A DNA stretch of 64,000 nucleotides from the human T2T-CHM13v2.0 reference genome, Homo sapiens. The translations under genes and the position numbers were made by a program. The stretch is taken from NCBI RefSeq assembly GCF_009914755.1, contig NC_060926.1. The stretch is one strand, 5' to 3'. The number at the start of each line of letters is the position of its first letter. Position 1 is the stretch's first letter. Shown one piece after another: positions 13,368-26,714 of this stretch. The notes under the pieces are model-generated. The model did no database searches and was not told the DNA's origin. It saw only the letters and a program-made list of their open reading frames with translations.

Positions 13368-16300
13368 TCTTAGAACAGATACAATCTATTAAGGCCTTGC
13401 AAAAGTAATAAATCTGCTCTAAAGTCCCCTAATTAGATGAAAAAAGAAGCCTGGTGCAGCTGATCTGTGTGGAGATGCACGACTTTATACCTTTTAAGTC
13501 CAGAGGCCTGAGTGACAAGAGCAGGAAAGGGAGGGAAACTGGTTGTCTGAGAACGTTTTATGGGCCAGCTAAAACATAAAAGAGGTCACTGGCATCAAGT
13601 GCTTGCTTTGCACATAAAATACACAGTACGGTTGTTGCCCACATGTTTGATAAAACGTGGCTATTCACTAACTTGGATTTTTTCCAAATTAAATTTCTGA
13701 ATTCAGAATTAGCAACCCTGAGCAATGTAGAAAGCGATAAACTCCTTTTTAATGACAAAAGTCATCTGAACCTTAAGTGTCCAGTGCAACCTGAAGTGCT
13801 GCTAGTACTGTGGATAGTCCGACTGGGCATGGGGAGGGGGTCTCTGGTTTTGGCTCTGGCATCTGCAGAGGCCGCCCCGTCTAAGCACACCCATGACTGC
13901 TCTCTCCTGCTTGCGTCTTTGAGAAGAAGACAGTTCAGTCCCCCACCACTGATTGTTTTCTGACACAGAGTTGAGTGGTTCAGTTGCTTTCTACTTTTTG
14001 ACTAACAGAAGCCTGCGTCACTTTACGTATTCTTCCTGGAAGCTCAGGCCCCATGGTGTGTCTCTCTCACTGTCTCTCTCTCTCACTGACTCTGTCAGTG
14101 ACTCTCTCACTGAGTCATTGCGACTCCCAGGAGCGTGACTATAGCTGTGACTTATGGGTGTTGTGCAGTGTGTGGGGAAGCTGCTAGTGAGGTCGAGTTT
14201 AGCAGGAAGAGAAAACAGGAATAGTGACTCACACGGAGTAGTGGGGGCTGGGCAGATGAGAGAGTTAGGCAGCCCCGCCCTCTGCTGAGACTGGGACGCA
14301 GCCCAGATTCTGCAACAGTGGGCAGAGGATTTGGCGATGGAGGCTAACAGGCAGCCAGGGGTCCTTTTTTTCTTTATTTTTATTTTGCTTAATTCAGAAA
14401 AGTATGTGTGCATTTTGTGATGAAATTCTCTACAGCTCTGTCTACGAGAACTGCCCTGTAATATCTCTGTGTGTTGGCTTTAACAGTGAGCTACTGATGA
14501 GATTCTGAGATTAGTCCCAGATCTTGTTTATGTCCTTGTTCCCCTTGAGGATATTTTCTGAGTTAAATCAGGAAATACCGATTAATGGATGAAAATGAGA
14601 AAGAGAGAAATAATGTCCTTCGTAGGATAAGTCATTTACCCTGACTAGGTTAGCTAAGCTGTATCACTCAATTAATAATTAGGTGTGCATGACTCACCAT
14701 TTTAGAAGGAGCCATTGACAGCCCTAGCTGAAGTCAGCAAGTTCTGTATCTTCTCTAGCAAGCCACTGGAGCTTTACAAATTCTCCTGGCAGGGGTGCAT
14801 GTGTGTACGAGGATGGAAGGGTCTGTGCACGGATCTCCTAGAGAGATTTGAAAATGCCTCGCCTTACTCCAGATAGGTCTTTGGAGAATGTGCATGTAGG
14901 ATAGAATGGCTAAAACGAAGACAAGCCAAACAGTTAGAGTGATCAAAGGGAAACCAAGGGGACAATGGGAAAACAAGTCGGGGTAGAGTTAATGACACCT
15001 TTAACAATTATTAAAGGTGAATTTGCTTTTCAAGCTAAAGCAAAGGCAATGACAAGATCCACTGTGTGCCATTCACAACAACCTTTCAGATTTTCATGAG
15101 AGAACATGGCTTTTTCTGAGACTAATTTCCAAAGGCAGATTTTTTTTCCCCCACAGGGAGTCCTCATTTCAAAAGGGCATGGTGTAGGGAAGCTTGACTG
15201 CAACAACTTTCCCATGGTAAATGTCATAGCGTGTTTTGTGTGGCTTTTCTTCTAGTGTTTTCTATGCATATTGGGGGTAAACCCACCAAACCTCCTGCAG
15301 TTCAGTAAAAGCATTTGCGTGGAGGCCAGATTGAATCTGAATTTTCCACTGTTCTGGTTTCATCAGGCCTAAAATTTAGCAATATCATATTGAGAGAAAG
15401 TAGGGAATTGAATAATCTTTAGACAGTATTTCATAGATATGAATTTATGTGAATGAGCTTTTATATATTATTGCCAAGATCAAGAAGGACATAACAATTT
15501 TAAGGGAGTGGAAATAGACTCTGCTTCTTTGCTAGGGTGTGGCAAAGTTCTGGAAGAACATGTGGGACTGGAAATATTGCTGGGGCTACTTTTGGAAAAT
15601 TCAGACTGACACAGCTGCACAGGACTAATCAGGGATTAGTTTTGTGAAATTTCCTGCTCCCATTTCTCATTTTAGTCACAGCAAAAGGAGCGGTGGACCT
15701 GGGTTTACATCAAGGCTATGCACTCACCAGCTGGGAGACTTTGGAGAGATCGCACAGTCTTGCTGGTCTCAGCTTCCTTACTCATAATTTGGGGATAGAA
15801 CCATGTCCCACACGGTTGATCATGAGAAGCAAAGCCGGGAAATGTTGAGGTGCCGTTGCCTGGCAAGGCTCTTCAAAACCAGTGGACTACAACTTGATCT
15901 CTTGCTATTAATGTATTGGTCAGTAAATTATGAATTAGTCATTTGAAAGTGATGAAAAGTCACTACGTTTTGAGAACATCAGCAAGTTCTATTTCTACTC
16001 AAAAGCTTAGTCAGACAGAAAGAAAAAAAAGATGACCAAAAAATTGGGCACATTTGTACATTTTGAATTTTTCAAAGGTGTGAGACTTTCTTCCTACTCA
16101 AATGTCTTCTGATCCTGAAGTTGGAGAGCAACAAGTACCTATATCCTCAGACACCTTGTTTAGAAACAGGGAACAGGGAACATTCGCAAAAGAGAGAATA
16201 CACTTAGCACACAAGGTTTGTTTGTTTGTTTTAAAAATCAGAAACAGTAGGAAAAAAGAGAAACAGATTGAGAGAAGAGAGATAACTAGTGGCAGGGTCT

Positions 16301-16947
16301 GGGACAAGTGGCAATAAGCCTGCATGTCTGCTGTAGTTTAGAATAGACCAGGAAACACTGTATTTACCAGAGAGGTTATTCTCTGTGGTGAACCGAGCAT
16401 CAACTCACCCAGCCCTTCATCAGAAACCAAAGGATTAATATGATCACATTTTTAAGTGGGAAAATTGAATTCCTTCTCCAAAAGTTCAGAAACATAAGAA
16501 ACTTATGAAATGTTTCTTTTCCCATTTTCTATCTACGGAAAAAAAATCCTCTGGCTTTGGAAAGTCAAATGTGTGCTATGAAATTTCACACAGAAAAGTA
16601 TCCACTTATTTGAGCGGTGGCCCTGATCAGTGACCTTTATGATTCCACAAGGAGTTTCAGCTATGTTGGGTTTTTGCCAATTCAAGACACAAATTAGTTA
16701 TCCCTTTTGTACCTGCCCTGTGATCCCACTTTAAAAAGCTGAGTCTGATCTCAGATTCATCCCCAACATAGATATAAGCTCTTTGAGCCTCCGTAAAATC
16801 AAGCTTCATTTGGATATTCGGTGAGCACTGATGAAGGCCTCCTCTGCGCCCGGTCCTGCTCCAGTGGCTGAGGGCAGGGCAGGGAGCCAACGAAGTCTCC
16901 ACTCTTACACAGCTTCCTTTCATGATGGGGTGGGGAGGCAGACAAGG

Positions 16948-17033
16948 AGTGTGCACGTGTGTGTGTGCATGCGTGTATATGACTACATGTGCAAGCATGG
17001 GTGTGCATGCATGTGCATGCGTGTGTGTTTGTG
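16948..17033. repeat. Degenerate (TG/CA/TGCA) purine-pyrimidine alternating tract
   Basis: gtgtgcacgtgtgtgtgtgcatgcgtgtatatg...gtgtgcatgcatgtgcatgcgtgtgtg. Confidence 0.8.
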
Positions 17034-17512
17034 TTACCATTCTCTGTAAGAGATGGCCAAGAATGGTGAGCAGGGACCCGAAGGTCAGCAGTGGTTGGTG
17101 TGAGAATTGATGGACTGAGAAATGGTGTTATGTAAACTGTCAAGATCTGTGCACATTTTCATTACTATTATTTGGACGAAAGCTAGAAGAATACAAGGTT
17201 TTCCTTTCCCTTATTAATCTTAAAATCACCTCTTTCTGCAAGTCTGCTCATCCAACAAACTCTCATATAAAGGAAATAGAAAAGGACACCACCCCTCTCT
17301 AGTACCTACTAGGCTGTCTGAGTTTCTAAACAGCCCAAAGCTCGAAATCGCGTTTTCCAATGAGACGCCCACACTTACCTCTTCTTCCACTCAAGCCCTC
17401 TGGCCCTGCTGAAGTCCTTATTCATTCACAGGATTCCTGAGTAGGGAATTATTCCTCCTTCCATGCCCTTCTGAAGCTGCACCCCTGCAAGACTGTTTAC
17501 CATCCACTCTTA

Positions 17513-17964
<452 letters not shown>

Positions 17965-18284
17965 TCATCTCTTCATTGGCCAATGCAGGGGCTGCTTTTG
18001 AGGTTGCTCAATAAATACTGATGACGACGACATGCGCCATTGGGTTTGACTTCTCTCAACGGCACTGCAGATTACTAGAGTCTGCTCAATTGCTTTTTCT
18101 CTTGTTTCACAGATGTGAGTCTGTGGGTTTGTAGTGATGGAATTCACTGGTGGGCCTGAATCAAGAGGGAGTCATCCAGTTTTGCCTGGTGCAGTTAGGA
18201 CAGTGCTTCGTCATACAGGACACGCTGAGGGTAACATGGGTAAATGGCTAGAGTTTCCTGCTTTTTGTTTGTTTATTTTAGAGA

Positions 18285-18932
<648 letters not shown>

Positions 18933-19226
18933 TAGACTCAAAAGACGTGGGGTAGGGGTAGGGTTAGGGATTGCAGATGTGATGCAGCCTACCCAGCCTC
19001 AGCTTCACTCTTGAGCACTGGGGATAAGACCACCTCCCTCAGGGGTCCATTTGTGAGAGGAGATGATGTCCCTTGGCAGCCCCTGGCACCAAGTCAGCCA
19101 ACTGGGCACTCAGAAGTCATGGAACCCAGGCCAAAGGACACCATGGTAGCCGCTCAGGCTTCCGGTTTATTAACATGAGAGAATTTGGTAGCAACAATTC
19201 CACAAGCTTGTCCAATTCCTTTTCAG

Positions 19227-19388
19227 ATGGGAAGCTGTATGACGCCTATGTCTTATACCCCAAGCCCCACAAGGAAAGCCAGAGGCATGCCGTGGATGCC
19301 CTGGTGTTGAATATCCTGCCCGAGGTGTTGGAGAGACAATGTGGATATAAGTTGTTTATATTCGGCAGAGATGAATTCCCTGGACAAG
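19227..19388 (+). CDS. IL1RL2: IL-36 receptor exon 10, TIR domain boxes 1-2
   Basis: ttttcag| acceptor, AAG|gtgggt donor; 162 nt, phase 1-1; (D)GKLYDAYVLYP...CGYKLFIFGRDEFPGQ. Confidence 0.98.
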
Positions 19389-19889
19389 GTGGGTTTTAAG
19401 TGAGGTGTAAAAATAACAAATAAAAGAAGGAAAGCGACCCCTCTGTTCCTCCACTTTACTAATGGCGGTGACTCTGCCTGCCTTCCCCATGGAACCACAG
19501 AGAGTCTATGACCAGCGCCCCCTGCCCGTCAGCCCCCAGCCCCCAGCCAAGGAGGTTAGGCCCAAGCTCTTTGCCTGCTCTAGGCTCCTCCCTGCCCCGC
19601 AGTGCCTGAGATTCCTGCTTGCAGCAGCACGCGTCTCACTTTGAGTGAGGATATGGTTAAGCCATTCACAGAAACAGGTGGCCAGTGATGTAGTGGTGGC
19701 TAAAGGACTGAAAGGTGGCGAGTGGTCATTTGAGCCTCACATCCCTGAGATGAACTGCTGGGTGTTTTCCATGGGTTTGAACAATGTAAATCAGGTCGTG
19801 CTTAAAGCTGATTTTATAAACCTCGACCCTACTTGCCCCCTCCCCTCCCTAAATATAATGGAAGTTTTAGTGTACTTTTCCCACTTGAT

Positions 19890-20050
19890 AGGAAGGTGGC
19901 TTTGGACAGTTCAGTTAACTTCTCTCAACCTCAGTTGTCTCATCTGTAAAATGGGGATGGGGTGCTTCCCTGACTCAGATGAGAGAACTGAATGAGAAAA
20001 CCTGAGAAGGGGTCCCCGGCATGGAGCTCAGCACACTTTAGACACTCACA
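19890..20050 (+). mobile_element. MIR SINE
   Basis: taacttctctcaacctcagttgtctcatctgtaaaatgggga core. Confidence 0.7.
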
Positions 20051-20775
20051 CAACAGTGCTTTCCTGTCCCTTTGTTCTCCTTCTTGGAAGGCTATACAGC
20101 AAAATGGCTGAAATCTGAAATAAACATTCTTTTCTAGTCACCAGTAAATGCCAATTCACTCACTTATTCAACAAATATTTACTGAAAACCTCTATGTGAT
20201 GGACAGTATTCTAGGCACTAGAAATATGAAAATCAGCCAAGCGGAAGGGCCTGTCCTCAGGGAGGTTCCAGTCTATTCTTATTTCCCATGAGAGGCAACT
20301 GTAGACTGAATAGCATCTGCAGAGCTGGGTATTTAGAGAAACCTCCCTTTCCCAAGCAATCATCAGGGCATGTTATTTGGTTTCTAAATTACTCACATAA
20401 ATCCTGGTCATTTAAATAACTATAAAGAACAAAAGGAAAACACAGATTCAAGATTAATGCAACATTTCAGCTAACTACATTTTCCTATCCTTTTAAAATC
20501 TATTTTTAAAAACGTGTTCATCTGCTAATATACACCAGACCTTCAGCTAGTCTGGGGATACAGAGTTAGGAACCATCAGATACTTGTTGGCCAGGGAAAG
20601 TGACATACAAAGAAACCACATGCAAAACATGATTCATGACTATAGAGGACCAAGGCTCCAGGGAAAGCCACAAAGGCTTCACAGAAGAGGTGACAAATAT
20701 TAAAAAAAAGAAAAAACCCAAAACTTGAATTAATCCATTCCTGACTAAGTCATGTTTATTTTAAAGTCCATTTTT

Positions 20776-21061
<286 letters not shown>

Positions 21062-21160
21062 GTCAATTTTCTCCTGGCCTGTTTCAAACATTCTCACTAG
21101 CATTAAGACCCGGGCTGTTTTAATTGTGAGTTCTTCTGAGCCTTCTTTCTTTATTTCCAG

Positions 21161-21541
21161 CCGTGGCCAATGTCATCGATGAAAACGTTAAGCTGTGCAG
21201 GAGGCTGATTGTCATTGTGGTCCCCGAATCGCTGGGCTTTGGCCTGTTGAAGAACCTGTCAGAAGAACAAATCGCGGTCTACAGTGCCCTGATCCAGGAC
21301 GGGATGAAGGTTATTCTCATTGAGCTGGAGAAAATCGAGGACTACACAGTCATGCCAGAGTCAATTCAGTACATCAAACAGAAGCATGGTGCCATCCGGT
21401 GGCATGGGGACTTCACGGAGCAGTCACAGTGTATGAAGACCAAGTTTTGGAAGACAGTGAGATACCACATGCCGCCCAGAAGGTGTCGGCCGTTTCCTCC
21501 GGTCCAGCTGCTGCAGCACACACCTTGCTACCGCACCGCAG
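21161..21541 (+). CDS. IL1RL2: IL-36 receptor exon 11, remainder of TIR domain (box 3 FWK)
   Basis: tttccag| acceptor, CAG|gtgagc donor; 381 nt; (A)VANVIDENVKLCRRLIVIVVPES...TKFWKTVRYHMPP...TPCYRTA. Confidence 0.98.
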
Positions 21542-22829
21542 GTGAGCGGGTGGGAGGACACGAGGTTTGTCACGCACTGATGGAGGGTCTATCATTGCGT
21601 GGTGGCTCACAGCTGGAGGAGGACACGTTTCATCGGGGCCGTCTGCTCTGAAGCTGGCAGTTGCGTACTAGTGAGAGGATCTGTTGTGTTTGTTGTCATT
21701 TGTTTGCTTCGATCAGAGCTGCTTCTTCAGGGAAACACACGGCTTCTGCAGAAGGCCCTCTTTAGCCTATGGGCTTATTGACACATGCCCACTCACTGAG
21801 GCCTGGATGGATACAGCACTTGGGCCCCTTGAGAACAGGACATGGAGGGTTTTAGAAATGGCAGTGGACATGCCCGGAAGTTTGCCCATGATGTGGCACC
21901 CATAGAGTCTGAGATGGGAGCCTGTGCTGTCGGGGGACCACAGGAGGGCAGTCTAGCACCAGGAGAGGGTTGGCAAGGATAGCAGTATTTGTCCACGCCT
22001 GTCCAGTGTCTTCAGGGCCCCATGCTCAGGGGTCATTTGCTGTGTCTGCGTCTCTCTCACTCTGTCAGTGCAGACAAAGAGCTGCAAACACAGCCTTAGC
22101 ACTTTGCTTCCAGAAGCAAGTTAAAAGTCACCTAGACCAGTGGGGACCCACGGGAGTGGCCATGACTGCCTCTTGGTCACCCTTCCATGTTTGAGAGGCT
22201 TTATCTGTCAAACTAAAGCAAGCAGGAATTCCTTTTCTCTCTCTTTTAGACACATGTCAACCAGAATTCTGAGCAGCCTGTGAGAGACGCAATTAGCACA
22301 CAGATGATAGAATTATAGTCCAAGCAAGGCAAAGTCAGTTTCCAATGAGCCAATGTGCCCTTGTCACAGGCCAATTTATAACTTAATGATTAAAGGTTTT
22401 TAATACTAAAAATTAGCTGTAAACCCTCATCACTTTTTTCCAAGACCCTGGCCTGAGGGAATTAGGCATAGCTCAACCTTCTGAAGCTGTGGGTTGTTGA
22501 CACTGAGACTTAGTAAGCAGTCAGTGGGGGCTGGAAGGGAGTCAGCCCTGAGAGCCAGCCGGCAGGGGCGAGAGAGGGAGCCAGAGGGTGTCAGGAGGCC
22601 TGTGGTCTTAGGATGGCATGGGGAGCAGGGTGGGTTAGGAGGTGCTGTGCCCTCGTTCACAGGCGATGGGTGGTACCCAGTGTGGGATGGACTTTCAGGT
22701 GCTAAGGAACCCACTCCTGTCTTTGAAGAGTTTATGTTCCAAGGTGACCTCACATTACACATTTGTTTAGCATCCTATGGAGGCCTCGACTTGACATTGG
22801 TCCACTCTTTATTTAACATTTGCTTTTTA

Positions 22830-22985
22830 AAATTTTTATTTCGGTAAACTATATGAACATAAAATTCACCATTTTAACAATTTTTAAGTGGCATTAAGTA
22901 CATTCACACTGTTGTGCGGCCATCACCACCATCCATTCCAGAATTGTTTCATCCTCTCAAGCTGAAATTCTGTGCCCATTAAGCT
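22830..22985 (-). mobile_element. L1MB-type extreme 3' end
   Basis: aacataaaattcaccattttaac...ggcattaagtacattcacactgttgtgc...catcaccaccatccat. Confidence 0.7.
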
Positions 22986-25455
22986 ATGCCTCCCTATTGC
23001 CTTCCCATTGCCTTCCCATTGCCTCCCCATTGCTCTGAGGTAGGACATAAAATACATTTTAAGAATAACAGCATTAAAAAATGGCTACTATAATTCATTA
23101 CTACTATTACATTTTTGATACTTTTCAATAAAAAGAAAGTAGTGACACATGTTGGAAAGAGGGAAGCTTTTTGACTTATAAAACTCCAGTTAAAGAATTT
23201 ACCAACAGTGCTGGTCTCCGGGAAGTCAGAGGTTTCCAGAAAATACCTTTTCGTCTGACGGGTCAGCTTTCTATTTTGCTGACAGCCTCGACTGATGTCC
23301 TGTGAGTGTGGTCATTCATTTATAAATAATTAATTGCTAGAGAATCCATTTTCTAAAATTCACAGGCACACCCTTCAGAGAGGACACGTCCCCGTACCTC
23401 TCCCACTCTCCCCACACTGTGGCTGCCTCTGGCTGCCTCCATCCTGCAGAGGGAAATGGCTGGGAAGGAAGGGGGAAGGGTGCTGAGATGCCCTCAAATC
23501 TGAATGGGGTGGGTGTATTCCCCAAATCCTCACCAAACCACGAGCCAGTGACCACTCACCCTTTGCGGTCCAGATCTTACTGCCCCGGGGTTAGTCAAGT
23601 GGCCAGAGGTGGTGCCCACTGCCCTCAGGGGGTTTCCTGGCGTGGCCTGGTCTCACATGCACTCCGCAGAAGGAAGGACGAAGCGTCCTCAGCCAGCCCG
23701 CAGCCACCCTGCCCACTCCAGCACTGCAGGCAGCCTTCAGAGACCAGCCCAGAGAAGAGAACGGCAGCGAGTGAGGGGACAGAGTGCGGAACAGATCAGT
23801 AATGCCCATTTTCCTCTTGGGTGCAATAGGAGAAACAGCCTGTTTTAATTAAACTAGCGAATCCTCCATGAGGAATAACGACTCTCATGTTGGAGAGAGA
23901 AATCGAGATGCAAAGAAACTTTTTAAAGTTCTACTAATTCCTAATGAAATAATAGGGATGCAATGCAGCAAGAATACAAATAATTGAAGTAGCCTGGCAT
24001 CACCGCTGACATGTAGGCAGGTTGGCAGGTAACAGCTCCGCTCATGGTCTCAAGTCCAAATTTGTATAAGAAAGGAGGTTTAAGAGTTCAACGGCTAAGG
24101 GACAAAAAGGTAGTTTATGGGAACGCTGAAGGCCACCCTCAATTCTCTCCCGTTTCTCCAGCTGGGCTTGGCGCAAATATGAGGTCAATGGGGTCCTATC
24201 CCTAGCCCTTGGGGGTGGGCTCCAGAATTCTACTCCAAGCAAAGTGAAGTCAGTTTCCAAGGAGCCAGTGTGCCTTCATCACAGGCCAATTTATAATTTA
24301 ATGATTCACAAAGTTTTTTAATACTATGAATTAGCTGTAAACCCTCATCACTCCTTTCCAAGACCCTGGCTTGAGGGAATTAGAGACCCCCCTGGGAATC
24401 CCCAGGGACTGACCTGGAGGTAGGGCTGCGAGCGGAGATTGGACCAGAGAGGTGAAATACAGGTGCTGAGTCGCTGGGTTACCTTTACATTCACCTTCCC
24501 ATAATGACTGAGTCAGCCACAAAACCCACTACCTTTGGTATCTCCCCTCAAATACCCTGAGTCGGCTCATGAGAGAGGCCCTGGGAAAGACCCAGTCACA
24601 TTAAATAAAGGGACCGGGAAGGTGTGGTCTTTCCCCGGAGGACCAAGCAAGATGAAGATATACATGTGAAAAGTGCTTGGCAAACCGTGGGATGCCATGA
24701 GGAGCTGGCCTGCCAAAATATGGAATGTGCTCAGGGAGCCTCAGTCCCCAGGGCCCCCCACACCCATCAGCACCCCATAGTGACGCAGACCACTTCCTGC
24801 CACGTCATGGTTGGTTGACCTTTCCTCGGCACTTGGTCCTGTTTTTTATTTATAAACTTCCCTCTAACACATGCTTGTTTGGTATTGATCTGGGGCTGTG
24901 TAAAGTGGAAAATTCCTTCCTGGTTTCCTTGAAGAACAGAGGCTGTTCCAGATGAGGTCTGGAGTGAGCTACAGAGGGTGATGCTGGCTTTAGGAGTGGT
25001 GGCTGCTGGGTCTGAATGTTAGAGGCCACACATCTCCAGTAGTAGTATTATTCTGGGAGATGGGAACTCTGTGTGTGGATGTCCCCTCCCATACACCCAG
25101 GGACTTCTGAGAAATGCTGCTGTTCACTAATACAATTCCACCCTCATCTCCCAGGCTGTCCCTGGAGAGGAGCTCTCCACTTGAGAAGGACCTCAGAGCC
25201 CTGGCTCTTGTCATCCAAATTCACCTTTCCTCTGGGGCTCTTATAGGAAAGGTGAGAGTTGACACTGCTCACCTGTGATCCTCTGGCATAACCACCTTGC
25301 AAAGATAACCCAAGAGAAATGGAAGCCTCAGGGATATACCACCAGATGAACTGACGGCAAGGTGGAGGTTTTCGCATTCCCATGGCAGGTTTCCTTATCA
25401 GCCCCCATCTCCCACCACATCAGAAAAGGAGTAAATAGATCTTTCCTGATTTCAG

Positions 25456-25505
25456 GCCCAGAACTAGGCTCAAGAAGAAAGAAGTGTACTCTCACGACTG
25501 GCTAA
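25456..25505 (+). CDS. IL1RL2: IL-36 receptor terminal coding exon (exon 12)
   Basis: atttcag| acceptor; (G)PELGSRRKKCTLTTG then TAA at 25503-25505; matches the recalled C-terminus. Confidence 0.96.
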
Positions 25506-25656
25506 GACTTGCTGGACTGACACCTATGGCTGGAAGATGACTTGTTTTGCTCCATGTCTCCTCATTCCTACACCTATTTTCTGCTGCAGGATGAGGCTAG
25601 GGTTAGCATTCTAGACACCCAGTTGAGCTCAGGCGTAGAGAAGAGGAGGATGGGAT

Positions 25657-26134
25657 AAGAACTGGGGCCATCCCCATGTCATGGTGGGTGAGAGCTGGGG
25701 CCATCCCCGTGGTCATGGAGGGTGAGAGCTGGGGGTTATCCCCATGGTCATGGAGGGTGAGGGCTGGTCGGGGGAGGCATCCCCAAGTCATGGTGGGTGA
25801 GAGCTCGGAGCATCCCCATGTCATGGTGGGTGAGATCTGGGGGTATCCCTGTGTCATGGTGGGTGAGGGCGGGTGGTCATCCACATGGTCATAGTGGGTG
25901 AGAGCTGGGGGTATCCCTACATCATGGTGGGTGAGAGCTGGGAGCATCCCCATGTCATGGTGGGCGAGATCTGGGGGGTATCCCCACGTCATGGTGGATG
26001 AGAGCTGGGGGAATCACCATGTCATGGTGGGTGAGATCTTGGGGGATCACCTGTCATGGTGGGTGAGAGCTGGGGGGATCACCTGTCATGGTGGGTGAGA
26101 GTTGGGATTCATCCCCATGTCATGGTGGGCTGAG
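25657..26134 (+). repeat. Minisatellite in the IL1RL2 3' UTR, ~14 copies of a ~33-bp unit
   Basis: Consensus approximately AGAGCTGGGGGCATCCCCATGTCATGGTGGGTG; 14 TCATGG..GG.TG cores counted by eye. Confidence 0.95.
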
Positions 26135-26234
26135 CCCACATGGAAGCCTGTGCTTGGACAGCGTATGCCCTTTTCTCTGTTTTTCCACAATGAACAATTA
26201 AACTGTAAATGTTAAAAATATCAGTAATTTGTGA

Positions 26235-26240
26235 AATAAA
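26235..26240 (+). terminator. IL1RL2: Probable IL1RL2 polyadenylation signal (AATAAA; ATTAAA also at 26197-26202)
   Basis: First AATAAA seen after the stop codon, followed by a T/GT-rich stretch (aattttgtttgttt). Confidence 0.7.
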
Positions 26241-26625
26241 TTTTATTCTCATTTGAGCAACATAAATCACAATTTTGTTTGTTTACCATGCCTGTCAAAA
26301 TCACAAACATTTTCTTATCAGTTTAAATAATGAAAACTGATTTCTGCTAAAATCATCTGACAATTAGCTTGTCAACATTCAAATATTTTTCACCTTAAAT
26401 CCACTACCTTCGTGGTGTGGTCCACTGAAAAGTTGGGCAAAACCCAACCTGTGATTGAGGCTATAGAGAAACATGAGGGTCATGCACAATAGCTTTTTTT
26501 CCCCACACTTAGTAGATGGACTGTTTCTCAGTCTGACAGCCACCAAAGCTTTATGTCCTGATGAATATTTTCGTCCTCTCATCCTCTCTGATGGCCTCAT
26601 TTCTCCAAATTTCTTCTTCTCCTCC

Positions 26626-26714
26626 TTTTTTTTTTTTTTTTTTTTTTTTTTGAGACAGAGTTTCGCTTTTGTCACCGAGGCTGGGATTACAAGCATGAGC
26701 CACCGAGCCCGGTC
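26626..26714 (-). mobile_element. Alu with most of its interior deleted
   Basis: polyT and Alu 3' end (gagacagagtttcgc...gaggctgg) fused directly to the Alu 5' end (gattacaagcatgagccaccgagcccgg). Confidence 0.85.

Noticed and set aside
25603-26098. ORFs with repeating peptides (ALTHHDMG..., SWWVRAG...) and a superficial CRISPR-like periodicity
   Set aside because: Translations of the 3' UTR minisatellite; units are head-to-tail with no unique spacers, and the context is human
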